Virus record (IMG/VR): IMGVR_UViG_3300014656_005885
Span: 1 to 26,337 of that record
Length of the DNA: 26,337 nucleotides
Direction: 5' to 3' (one strand)
Source: a virus
Lineage: Duplodnaviria; Caudoviricetes
The notes beneath the pieces were generated by a model. It worked only from the letters and a program-made list of their open reading frames with translations. It was not told where the DNA came from and ran no database searches. How positions within the stretch are numbered: position 1 is the first letter of the stretch; each line of letters starts with the position of its first letter. Shown here one piece after another: positions 18,687 to 26,337 of this stretch. The translations under genes and the position numbers were made by a program.

Positions 18687-20084
18687 TCAGGCAGCGACAG
18701 GCAACCGAAATGTTGGAGCGCCATAAAACCATCCATCTGTTTCGTCCCAGTCTTCCATGGACATCCTCATCCGGGTGAAGTCGGTCATCAACCGGACGGT
18801 CACGGCCTTTTTACCGTTTCGGTTTTTACCAAAGAACAATCGCATGGCACCGGTCCCGCGTCCGTCAATTCTTTCACCTTCTTCTGTTTTCGTTTGAGAA
18901 AGGCCAATTACGAAGTCCGCTGTCATTGCTTTGGAAAAGTCTTCTGACAATGAATCCAAATCGACATCTGCTTTTCTCAATGAATCCCTGTTGGCCTGGG
19001 AAGCGGTCCACATAGACACCTGAAACTCTTTAGCAACGCCACGGAGCTGTTCATAAACATCACCATGTTCCAACCGTCTTTCATCAATTTTTCGGTCACT
19101 CGCCATGATGTCGGCATAATCCACAACCACCCGATGGATTATTTTGCCCTCGGTTGCATACCGGCGTAAATCCCTGCGGATCATGTTCGGGGTTAGGGTA
19201 CGGGGCGGCAAATCGACAATATCAATTTCGCCCAGACTCTTTCTGGCTTCCACCAGATCCCACCGTTCTTCGATGGTGGATGCGCCAGAATAAAGCTCGA
19301 CAACAGGCACCCCGGTCAAACAGGCATCCGTTCTGGCTTCCACAATGGAACGGGCAACCTCAAGGGTGTAGAACAGGGTATTCTCTCCGTCCAGCATGCC
19401 TTGAACGGCCGAATTCATCAGGATAATTGATTTGCCACGGCCAGGGGAACCGCAATACACAATCATTTCCCCCGGGGCCACGCCTTTGGCATAAAGAATT
19501 TCATCAACTTCCCGGATGCCGGTTGAATGCCCCCGGATCTTTGACATGGCATCAGGGTCGGCATATCTTTTGACTCGTTCTTTTCTGCTTTTCCGCAATG
19601 ACACCCGGGGCCGGGAATCGGTAACGTTGGTGGCCTTGTCATAGGCTGTTTGTATCCGGGTAACGATTTGCCCAAACTCTTTTTTCTTCAAAAGATCGAC
19701 TGAATTAACCAGTTCTACCTCCAGGCTTTTGGAACAGACAAAATCCTGGACCTCCTTTTTGATCCAGCCTGCGGCCTTGGGAATGGGCATGATCCCTTTG
19801 GCAAACCGGGCAATATAGTTGGGAAGGTCTTCTTCCTCGATTTTTTTCTTGGCTTTCAATTTTCTCAGCTCGGCCACAACGACTTCTTTGCTGATCGGGT
19901 CTTTGAAATGCTTGCCATAATCCAAAAATATCTCGGCAAACACGGAATCAATTTTTTCATCAAAATGCTCCGGCTCGACTACTCCGACAACCATTTCCAG
20001 AAATTTTGGGTCGTTATACATCAGCGATAGGTTGTACAACTGGAATTCAGGCGTATAACCCTCGAAAGGTTTTTCCTCAGACAT
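18687..20084 (-). CDS. DnaB/T4 gp41-like replicative helicase (SF4)
   Basis: STGIREVD, Walker A GSPGRGKS, TLE, Walker B VVVDYAD, WTASQANR, KNRNG. Confidence 0.92.
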   Translation of the reverse strand: MSEEKPFEGYTPEFQLYNLSLMYNDPKFLEMVVGVVEPEHFDEKIDSVFAEIFLDYGKHFKDPISKEVVVAELRKLKAKKKIEEEDLPNYIARFAKGIMPIPKAAGWIKKEVQDFVCSKSLEVELVNSVDLLKKKEFGQIVTRIQTAYDKATNVTDSRPRVSLRKSRKERVKRYADPDAMSKIRGHSTGIREVDEILYAKGVAPGEMIVYCGSPGRGKSIILMNSAVQGMLDGENTLFYTLEVARSIVEARTDACLTGVPVVELYSGASTIEERWDLVEARKSLGEIDIVDLPPRTLTPNMIRRDLRRYATEGKIIHRVVVDYADIMASDRKIDERRLEHGDVYEQLRGVAKEFQVSMWTASQANRDSLRKADVDLDSLSEDFSKAMTADFVIGLSQTKTEEGERIDGRGTGAMRLFFGKNRNGKKAVTVRLMTDFTRMRMSMEDWDETDGWFYGAPTFRLPVAA

Positions 20085-20120
20085 ACGATTCTCCTTGAAA
20101 TCGGGAACAATTTCCGATAT

Positions 20121-21857
20121 CTATGGGGTGATTTTGATTAGATGTTCTGCATCTTTTAGTTCTGGCAGATTGTGGTGGGAGGCGAACCCATAAACCCAAT
20201 CTGCCGGGATTATTTTTTTGGCAATGGCTTTTTTAAGCTGATCTTTAACATCAAGCCGCCCTCCAGTGTCATCATGTATCCGCTTCATATCTTCAAAAAT
20301 GAAATCTTCGTATAATTTGCATTGCATGTCATATTCACGGATTTTTTTCTGGTCTACTGATGGATCACCGGCTTTGGCCTTTGCTTTCTCCAGATGGCCG
20401 TCGGAATGGAAGTTTTCGGGTAACAGGAAGGGGAGTTCCATTCCTGTTAGGCTGACTCTCGTATAAAGCAGCACGGAACCTTTGATGGATTTTAGATATC
20501 CTTCCCAGGCTTCACTCTGGATTTCAGAAGCCAGGTTCCGGATCGGTGGGTATAAAGATGAACTCTTATGTTTGGACCCGCCGTCCCAGGCATTAAACCG
20601 GGCAAGTATCCAGTCCAGATATCGGGCGCCACACATATCGGCCTTTATCCTTGCAGAATGGGCCTCTTTCACATATTTTGCAGCACCCCGTCCTGGGTTC
20701 ATAAATTTCGAAAGGCTGATAACAGCCAACTTTAAATGCCAAGTGCTGGCTTTACTGTCCCCTTCCATTCGCCGAATCACATCAACATAAGTTTTGGCAA
20801 ATTCATAATCTCTTTCCACCGGGGACATTTTCCAGAAGTCGGGGTGCATTCTTGCGGAAGCGGATTTTTCTTCCCACTCCGCTTGAACTTTACTTTTGGA
20901 AGGGCGGGTCTTTTTCTTCGGGGGAGATTTCTTTTTTCGAGTTTTGACTCCATCAGGTTTTTTAAAAGGCAGGATTTTTTCCTGGGGAGTTTCTTCTTCT
21001 TCGAAAGGGGTGGGCTCATCGAAAAGAAGATTTAACATCATTTCCCCAAATCTTTTGGGATCGGAGGACAGGGCCTTTTTTTTTTCATCGGGGAGATCAA
21101 ACAAAAACCCATGAAACAACTTTTTGAAGATTTTACCAAAGGAACCAATGTCGGGATCTTTATTGTCATTTTGACAATTAGTGCAGTCCGTCAGTATATT
21201 ATATATCTTATTATATTCTTTTATTTTATTTATATTATATATAATACTATACTGACGGATTACATTCATTGTCATTTTGACAATTAAATCCTGAGACCCC
21301 TGACTGTCAATGGTTTTCGCCTGCTCAAAATTAGGGATTTGTTCACTACCCGAATTAATTGTCATTTTGACAATGTCATTTTGACAATTGGCTATTTTCC
21401 TCGATTTTTCCTCTCTGACAATGTCCGCCGGGGAGAAAGAAAGTTCCGATTTTTCGTTTTTCAGGAATGACATTTCTTCCCATTTTTTTTCATACAAGGA
21501 CTTCAAATTCACCATTTCTTCCAGGGTAAAAATTCCCGATTTGACAAAAATATCAATCACTGATGAATTTGCTGGATCACTTGATTCTGACAATTCAGCG
21601 ACCCCGTCAATCAAAACCCCCAACCGATAGCGGAAGTTTTTTGAAACCTCAGGGGGAACCATCGCAGGGACTATCTGGTAAAAATTTCCCCTTATTTGGT
21701 TCCCTGTTTTTTCAATAACTCCTTTCAACGTTAATGAATTCATGGCCCGATAAATGGTTTTTGATGGTAAACCGGTTTCTTTAAGCAGGGTGGGGATATT
21801 TGTAGGGCCGTTGAATAAAAGAATTCCGATTATTTTTTCCTCTTTGACACTTTCCAT
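20121..21857 (-). CDS. Putative replication initiator (N-terminal winged HTH, internal origin)
   Basis: Start moved to ATG 21857 (SD GGAGG), giving 578 aa. N-terminus TNIPTLLKETGLPSKTIYRAMNSLTLKGVIEK..FYQI is wHTH-like. Contains iteron-like repeats and sits immediately upstream of helicase and primase, as lambda O-type initiators do. Confidence 0.7.
   Translation of the reverse strand: MESVKEEKIIGILLFNGPTNIPTLLKETGLPSKTIYRAMNSLTLKGVIEKTGNQIRGNFYQIVPAMVPPEVSKNFRYRLGVLIDGVAELSESSDPANSSVIDIFVKSGIFTLEEMVNLKSLYEKKWEEMSFLKNEKSELSFSPADIVREEKSRKIANCQNDIVKMTINSGSEQIPNFEQAKTIDSQGSQDLIVKMTMNVIRQYSIIYNINKIKEYNKIYNILTDCTNCQNDNKDPDIGSFGKIFKKLFHGFLFDLPDEKKKALSSDPKRFGEMMLNLLFDEPTPFEEEETPQEKILPFKKPDGVKTRKKKSPPKKKTRPSKSKVQAEWEEKSASARMHPDFWKMSPVERDYEFAKTYVDVIRRMEGDSKASTWHLKLAVISLSKFMNPGRGAAKYVKEAHSARIKADMCGARYLDWILARFNAWDGGSKHKSSSLYPPIRNLASEIQSEAWEGYLKSIKGSVLLYTRVSLTGMELPFLLPENFHSDGHLEKAKAKAGDPSVDQKKIREYDMQCKLYEDFIFEDMKRIHDDTGGRLDVKDQLKKAIAKKIIPADWVYGFASHHNLPELKDAEHLIKITP
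21162..21388. repeat. Putative replication origin: four palindromic 17-bp iterons plus an AT-rich core
   Basis: ATTGTCATTTTGACAAT at 21162-21178, 21268-21284 and 21358-21374; AATGTCATTTTGACAAT at 21372-21388. Almost pure A/T at 21195-21251. Confidence 0.8.
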
Positions 21858-21870
21858 ATATTCCCTCCGA

Positions 21871-23364
21871 TCAGGCAACTGCCCGCAATAAAGTTTTGAA
21901 ATCTGGAACAACGATAAAACCCGGTTCTGATTTGATAGCTTCCAACCGGGACATGGAAGGCTTGGCAAGATGCTTATCCGTCAGATCCACAAAATCGACC
22001 ACCAAACATCTGTTTAAACCCTTTTTGGGCCTCATGGCTCGACCTATGCGCTGATACAGCTTAATCGTCGATTTCATGCCTCCTGCAAGTACCACGGCTG
22101 AAATATTTGGGATGTCCACTCCTTCATCCGTAATGGTTGAAGAAATCAGGACATTGTATATACCAGCCTCCAATTCTTTCAGGGCCGAATCCCTTTCTTC
22201 ATCAGATTTGGAACCATGGATAAAACGGGTTTTCAGGTGGGTAAATGGCTTGAACATGGCTTGAAGTCGTTTGCCATGATTAATTTTACTGACAAGGATC
22301 AGAACAGTTTCACCGGCAGCGGCCAGTTCCATGGTTTCCTTGACAACCAATTCATTTCGGCGTTCATTTTCGGTAATCCCATATTTGTAGGCAGATTGAT
22401 AATTCAAGGTTCGGCCCTTGGGATCTTTGAAAATTCTTGGAGTGGCAATTTTGACAAACTTGATATAGGGCTGTGCCAGAAGGCCGCGGTCAATCAAATC
22501 TTTCAAGGTAATTCTGAAAATGACCTCACCAGTAATGCACATCAGCTTGATATCTGATTCAATCCCTTTCATCAGGGGAGTGGCTGTTAAACCGATCCGG
22601 TAAAAGGCATTTGTGCAAGTGCTGAAAACGGTTTCAAAGGAAATGGCATCCCCGTTGTGAGCTTCGTCGAGAATCAAAAGATCCACCGATTTCAATAGGG
22701 CTTGAATTTGCGGATCTGCCGGTCTTGTAACTTGGCCCCGTTCATTTTTTTTCTCAAATCCTGCATAAAGGGTCTGGACAGTTGCCACATTGACTTGCCG
22801 GATCTTTCTTTCTCCATCACCGACAATCCCGCAATCAATGCCGGAGCTGATAAAACTTTTCCGGGTCTGTCTTAACAACTCTTTCCTGTTCACAATGAAA
22901 AGGCTTTTCAGACCCAAATGTTCAAGACCCAGTTTTACAATACCGGCCGCAATCACCGTTTTACCAGAACCGGTCGGGGACTGGATCACACCCCGGGTTT
23001 TTTCATAGGCTGCCCGGATGGCGTTCACCTGGTAATCTCGACAGGTTTTACCTTCCAAAATATTGGCAATAACATCATCAGACAGGGCAGGGAGCCTTTT
23101 ATCCTGGGACCGACAATCCACCAGCTCAACCCCGGCACCTTTTCCATTCACAATTTCCGTGACCCAACGAACAAGGCCAGCAGGGAAGGTCCAGTTCCTC
23201 CGGTTGAAAAGACAGATATTTCCATCCCAGGTGCCTTTTTTATATGCCTTTGTAAACTGGTACCCGGGGCGTTGGTAGACCAGGCTGTCATACACGGCAT
23301 TCAACACTTTCCGATCTTTGGTCACTAATTGAGCAACCCGATTATCAAACTTGATTTGGTCCAT
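21871..23364 (-). CDS. UvsW-like superfamily 2 DEAH helicase
   Basis: UvsW-type N-terminus PGYQFTKAYKKGTWDGNICLF...FPAGL, RDYQ, SPTGSGKT, LDEAH, GLTATP, EGVDIP, QRIGRAMR. Confidence 0.9.
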   Translation of the reverse strand: MDQIKFDNRVAQLVTKDRKVLNAVYDSLVYQRPGYQFTKAYKKGTWDGNICLFNRRNWTFPAGLVRWVTEIVNGKGAGVELVDCRSQDKRLPALSDDVIANILEGKTCRDYQVNAIRAAYEKTRGVIQSPTGSGKTVIAAGIVKLGLEHLGLKSLFIVNRKELLRQTRKSFISSGIDCGIVGDGERKIRQVNVATVQTLYAGFEKKNERGQVTRPADPQIQALLKSVDLLILDEAHNGDAISFETVFSTCTNAFYRIGLTATPLMKGIESDIKLMCITGEVIFRITLKDLIDRGLLAQPYIKFVKIATPRIFKDPKGRTLNYQSAYKYGITENERRNELVVKETMELAAAGETVLILVSKINHGKRLQAMFKPFTHLKTRFIHGSKSDEERDSALKELEAGIYNVLISSTITDEGVDIPNISAVVLAGGMKSTIKLYQRIGRAMRPKKGLNRCLVVDFVDLTDKHLAKPSMSRLEAIKSEPGFIVVPDFKTLLRAVA

Positions 23365-23411
23365 CCAATCTCCTTCACGATTTAACGTTCAATATAAAAT
23401 TCTTATTTCCT

Positions 23412-23437
23412 AATAGCGCCCAGTTTCCTGTATTGAC
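23412..23437 (-). promoter_or_regulatory. Motif A copy 6, heading uvsW-rep-helicase-primase
   Basis: Minus strand GTCAATACAGGAAACTGGGCGCTATT. Confidence 0.75.
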
Positions 23438-23482
23438 GAAAAATCACCTGATTGACAAAAATAATTAAACATGATTAACGTA

Positions 23483-23506
23483 ATTAAGTGATTACTGTGT
23501 TATAAT
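23483..23506 (+). promoter_or_regulatory. Extended -10 sigma70 promoter (TGnTATAAT) for the plus-strand block, overlapped by a motif B box
   Basis: TG-T-TATAAT at 23498-23506; ATTAAGTGATTACTGTGTT at 23483-23501. Confidence 0.5.
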
Positions 23507-23627
23507 TGTACAGCAAATTACCATTTTAAACTGGCTAATCCCTTTTAATACTTAGCTTGTGTTTAAATAATTTCATTTGATTAAAGTATTTAATTACTTT
23601 AGTCAAGGCAAATTCAAAGGACAGCAC

Positions 23628-24290
23628 ATGGCAATAAAACATAAAATTAATGAAAAAATTGTGGCTATCGACCAACTGGAACCGAATCCATGGAACCCGA
23701 ATGAAGAATCTGATTTCATGCAAGAAAAATTAACCGGCAGCCTAAAAACCTTCGGTCAGGTGGCAGAAGTTTTGGTTCGGCGACTTCCCTCCGGACAATA
23801 TGAAATCATTGACGGAGAACACAGGTGGAAAAGGATGAAACTCGGCGGTGCCAAAGAGATCATGATTAATGACCTGGGTGATATTTCCGATGATGATGCC
23901 AAAATGCTCACCATGGTTGCAAATGAACTCCACGGTAACAGGAACCCGGTTAAACTGGCAAGAATCCTTCGGGATCTTGAATCTGAAACAGATTGGAAGG
24001 CCATCACCGAACTTTTGCCTTACAACGACGTTGAATTGGTCAATCTTCTTGAAATTGATCCCGATGTGCCCGAACCCCCTGAATTTGGTGTCGGTGGAGA
24101 AAGTGTTGGTGGCAGTCCATCCCCTGCAAAATCTTGGGTGGATATTAAAATTTCCATTCACAGGGACAGATGGCCGGAAGTCGAAACAATGCTGGCCGCC
24201 GCAAGGAAAATCCTGGGTATAACCAAACGCCCAAGCAAAGAACTTCAGCACGGGGAAATCTTGAAAAAACTGGTCATCGTTTCAAAATAG
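23628..24290 (+). CDS. ParB/Sulfiredoxin N-terminal domain protein (paralogue 1)
   Basis: Start moved to ATG 23628 (AAGGA upstream). IDQLEPNPWNPN, SLKTFG, YEIIDGEHRW. Confidence 0.85.
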   Translation: MAIKHKINEKIVAIDQLEPNPWNPNEESDFMQEKLTGSLKTFGQVAEVLVRRLPSGQYEIIDGEHRWKRMKLGGAKEIMINDLGDISDDDAKMLTMVANELHGNRNPVKLARILRDLESETDWKAITELLPYNDVELVNLLEIDPDVPEPPEFGVGGESVGGSPSPAKSWVDIKISIHRDRWPEVETMLAAARKILGITKRPSKELQHGEILKKLVIVSK

Positions 24291-24467
24291 GGAATTATAG
24301 AAGAACATGAAGGATTCTTCCCTCACCCAATTGGCGGTTTATCCCTCCGATTATCTCTCAAGCCGTAAGGAAATAGTCACTGTCAAAGATTATTGCAGCC
24401 TGGAACTGGCCAAGGTTTTTTTAATAAAAATCAATTGAATTAATTAGTTAATGTAATAAGGATTTGC

Positions 24468-25127
24468 ATGGAAATAAACGGAAAACTAATCACGGTAAGC
24501 ATCGATCAGGTGGAGCCCAACGACTACAACTTTAATGTCATGTCACCGGCCCTGTTCGCAAAAGAGAAAGAATCAATCAAACGGTTTGGGGTGGTCAAGG
24601 CCCCATTGGTATGGGAACCCATGACCGGCCATTACGTAATCATCGACGGGGAACACCGGTATACTGTCCTGAAAGATGCCGGGGAAACTGAAATCACTGT
24701 TAGAAGCCTGGGCAAGATCCAACCTAAGGAAGCAAAGCAGCTTACTATCCTGCTCAATGAGATCCGGGGTGAACCTGATTATGCCAAATTGACAGAATTG
24801 TTCGGTTCCCTGGATAAAATCACGGTAGAGGACATATCCAAAATTCTTCCTTATTCCACGGAGGAAGTCACGGCCATGGTGGATTCCGCCGGCTTTGATT
24901 GGGGTGAATATGATTTTTCAAAAGAACCGAGTGAAGAAACCAAAATGACCGGCCCTGAATACATCGAAGTCATTTGCCGCGTCCCGGATGAAGATGCTGG
25001 ACCCATTAAGGAAAAAGCTGAAACCCTATGTGAGAAGCATGGTTTCTATGACAAATCGGTCCCCGTCCAGCTCGGGAAATTGTTTGATCACCTACTCATT
25101 AATGCCCAGGAGGAACCTACAGAATAA
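24468..25127 (+). CDS. ParB/Sulfiredoxin N-terminal domain protein (paralogue 2)
   Basis: IDQVEPNDYNFN, SIKRFG, YVIIDGEHRY; aligns by eye with paralogue 1 along most of its length. Confidence 0.85.
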   Translation: MEINGKLITVSIDQVEPNDYNFNVMSPALFAKEKESIKRFGVVKAPLVWEPMTGHYVIIDGEHRYTVLKDAGETEITVRSLGKIQPKEAKQLTILLNEIRGEPDYAKLTELFGSLDKITVEDISKILPYSTEEVTAMVDSAGFDWGEYDFSKEPSEETKMTGPEYIEVICRVPDEDAGPIKEKAETLCEKHGFYDKSVPVQLGKLFDHLLINAQEEPTE

Positions 25128-25576
25128 TGGATAAAATAATTGAATTGGCCAAAACCCTTGTCAAAGCCATCAGAGAAATGCCTGCACTCAAGGCCTTGCC
25201 CGGATTTTCGAACCAGGAAGAACTCTTGATCAAAGGCGGTACCCTGGAAAAACAGTCCACCGTTAAAACCACCAATATTAACTCGACCATTGTGGACCTG
25301 GAAAATGACATCGGCCCATTATTCTGGATCGGCATCTTTTCCCTTCCTGATCCGGACACCGGGGAAATGATCGAGATGCCTTTGGCCTATAAAACATCTG
25401 GGGACATCCCTATCATAACCTACACGGCAAACCTGGAGAACATCCCGCATCTGATCAAAATGTGTAACACCATATCAAAAGCCACCGGGTACCCCTGGAG
25501 AATGCTTGAATATCGGGCAGAATTCGAATGGGATAAATCAGTTTTCATGGCTCCGGCTACAGACACGGTTCATTAG
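25127..25576 (+). CDS. Hypothetical protein (149 aa)
   Basis: TAATG stop/start overlap with the upstream gene and SD AGGAGG. Confidence 0.75.
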   Translation: MDKIIELAKTLVKAIREMPALKALPGFSNQEELLIKGGTLEKQSTVKTTNINSTIVDLENDIGPLFWIGIFSLPDPDTGEMIEMPLAYKTSGDIPIITYTANLENIPHLIKMCNTISKATGYPWRMLEYRAEFEWDKSVFMAPATDTVH

Positions 25577-25584
25577 GGGGAGCC

Positions 25585-26337
25585 ATGGCAAATCAATATC
25601 TTGAAGCCCTGGCCGATGCCTGGGAAAATCACCAGGCCCCCCGGGAAGAAAATGCACCCACGGTTGTTTCCACCTTTGCTGGCTGCGGTGGCAGCTCACT
25701 TGGCTATTCCATGGCAGGGTTTGATGAACGCCTGGCAGTTGAATGGGATGCCCATGCAGTATCCACATTTAAACTCAATTTCCCGGAGGTACCGGTCTAT
25801 CACGGGGATATTGGCGCCATCACAGTGGATGAGGCCCTGGAAAGGACCGGGCTGACCCCGGGTGACCTGGATGTCTTTGACGGTTCCCCACCTTGCCAAG
25901 GATTCTCCACTGCCGGCAAAAGGATGGTGGATGATGATCGGAACCAGCTTTTCAGGGAATATATCCGGCTGATCAAGGGGTTTCGGCCCAAGGTCATTGT
26001 AATGGAAAATGTGTCAGGCATGATCAAGGGAGACCACCGGCGTATCCAGGGAGAAATCATGGATGAACTCCGGGCCGCCGGTTACAACGTATCCTGCAAG
26101 CTCCTATCGGCCCACCTACTCAACGTCCCACAGAAACGACAACGGTTAATTTTTATCGGTACCAGGAAAGACCTGGGCATTTCCCCGGTACATCCCAGGC
26201 CCCTGTCTGCCCCGGTCAACTGCACCAAGGCATTTGAAGGGCTCCCGGATGACGCTACCAAAACCCTGGAAGGCCAGGGCCTCTATCTTTGGCAACGGGT
26301 AATGCCAGGGCAATCCTTTTCAAAGGCACACCCGAAA
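25585..26337 (+). CDS. DNA (cytosine-5)-methyltransferase, 5' part, runs off the window
   Basis: Not in the ORF track. ATG 25585 (SD GGGGGAG) is open to the window end: motif I STFAGCGG, motif IV GSPPCQGFS, motif VI MENVSG, motif VIII PQKRQRLIFIG. Confidence 0.95.
   Translation, partial: MANQYLEALADAWENHQAPREENAPTVVSTFAGCGGSSLGYSMAGFDERLAVEWDAHAVSTFKLNFPEVPVYHGDIGAITVDEALERTGLTPGDLDVFDGSPPCQGFSTAGKRMVDDDRNQLFREYIRLIKGFRPKVIVMENVSGMIKGDHRRIQGEIMDELRAAGYNVSCKLLSAHLLNVPQKRQRLIFIGTRKDLGISPVHPRPLSAPVNCTKAFEGLPDDATKTLEGQGLYLWQRVMPGQSFSKAHPK

Noticed and set aside
21858-21968. N-terminal 37 aa of the 615-aa ORF in the track
   Set aside because: Overlaps the helicase 3' end; a good SD precedes ATG 21857. 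Starts of the ORFs at 4296, 11941, 17345 and 23577 were shortened for the same reason.
24307-24438. 43-aa plus-strand ORF between the ParB-like genes (MKDSSLTQ...)
   Set aside because: Short, weak SD, no motif; could be chance.
25601-26060. Track ORFs 25601-25855 (+), 25696-25899 (-), 25800-26060 (-)
   Set aside because: Off-frame or antisense to the methyltransferase that starts at 25585.

Overview
The whole window is the DNA replication/recombination module of a large dsDNA phage or phage-plasmid. No capsid, terminase, integrase or RNA genes are visible, so phage versus plasmid cannot be settled here. A 23-kb minus-strand block reads, in transcription order: UvsW-like SF2 helicase, wHTH replication initiator with an internal iteron/AT-rich palindromic origin, DnaB/gp41-like helicase, primase, four small ORFs, NAD-dependent ligase, an AT-rich orphan ORF, XRE regulator, hypothetical, WGR protein, CobS-like AAA+ ATPase, CobT-like HExxH-peptidase/vWA protein, Cys4-wHTH protein, DnaE fused to a degenerate family-4 UDG domain, UvsY-like protein, gp32-like SSB, 5'-3' exonuclease, RecA and the 5' end of an SbcD/Mre11 nuclease. 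A divergent plus-strand block holds two ParB/Srx-like paralogues, a hypothetical gene and the 5' part of a C5 cytosine methyltransferase. The main observations read directly from the sequence are five. (1) A 26-bp non-sigma70 motif (GWSAATACAGRAAWYTGGRSGCTATW) occurs six times, once at the head of each minus-strand gene block, and three copies carry a local inverted partial copy. (2) A second 19-bp palindromic box occurs about 8 times. (3) DnaE ends in a catalytically degenerate, probably Fe-S-binding UDG domain. (4) A small PxCFG-x7-8-CxxC-x5-C module is shared by the SSB tail and an unrelated protein. (5) A 123-bp palindromic origin lies inside the rep gene. All family calls are from motif recognition by eye; no database searches were run.
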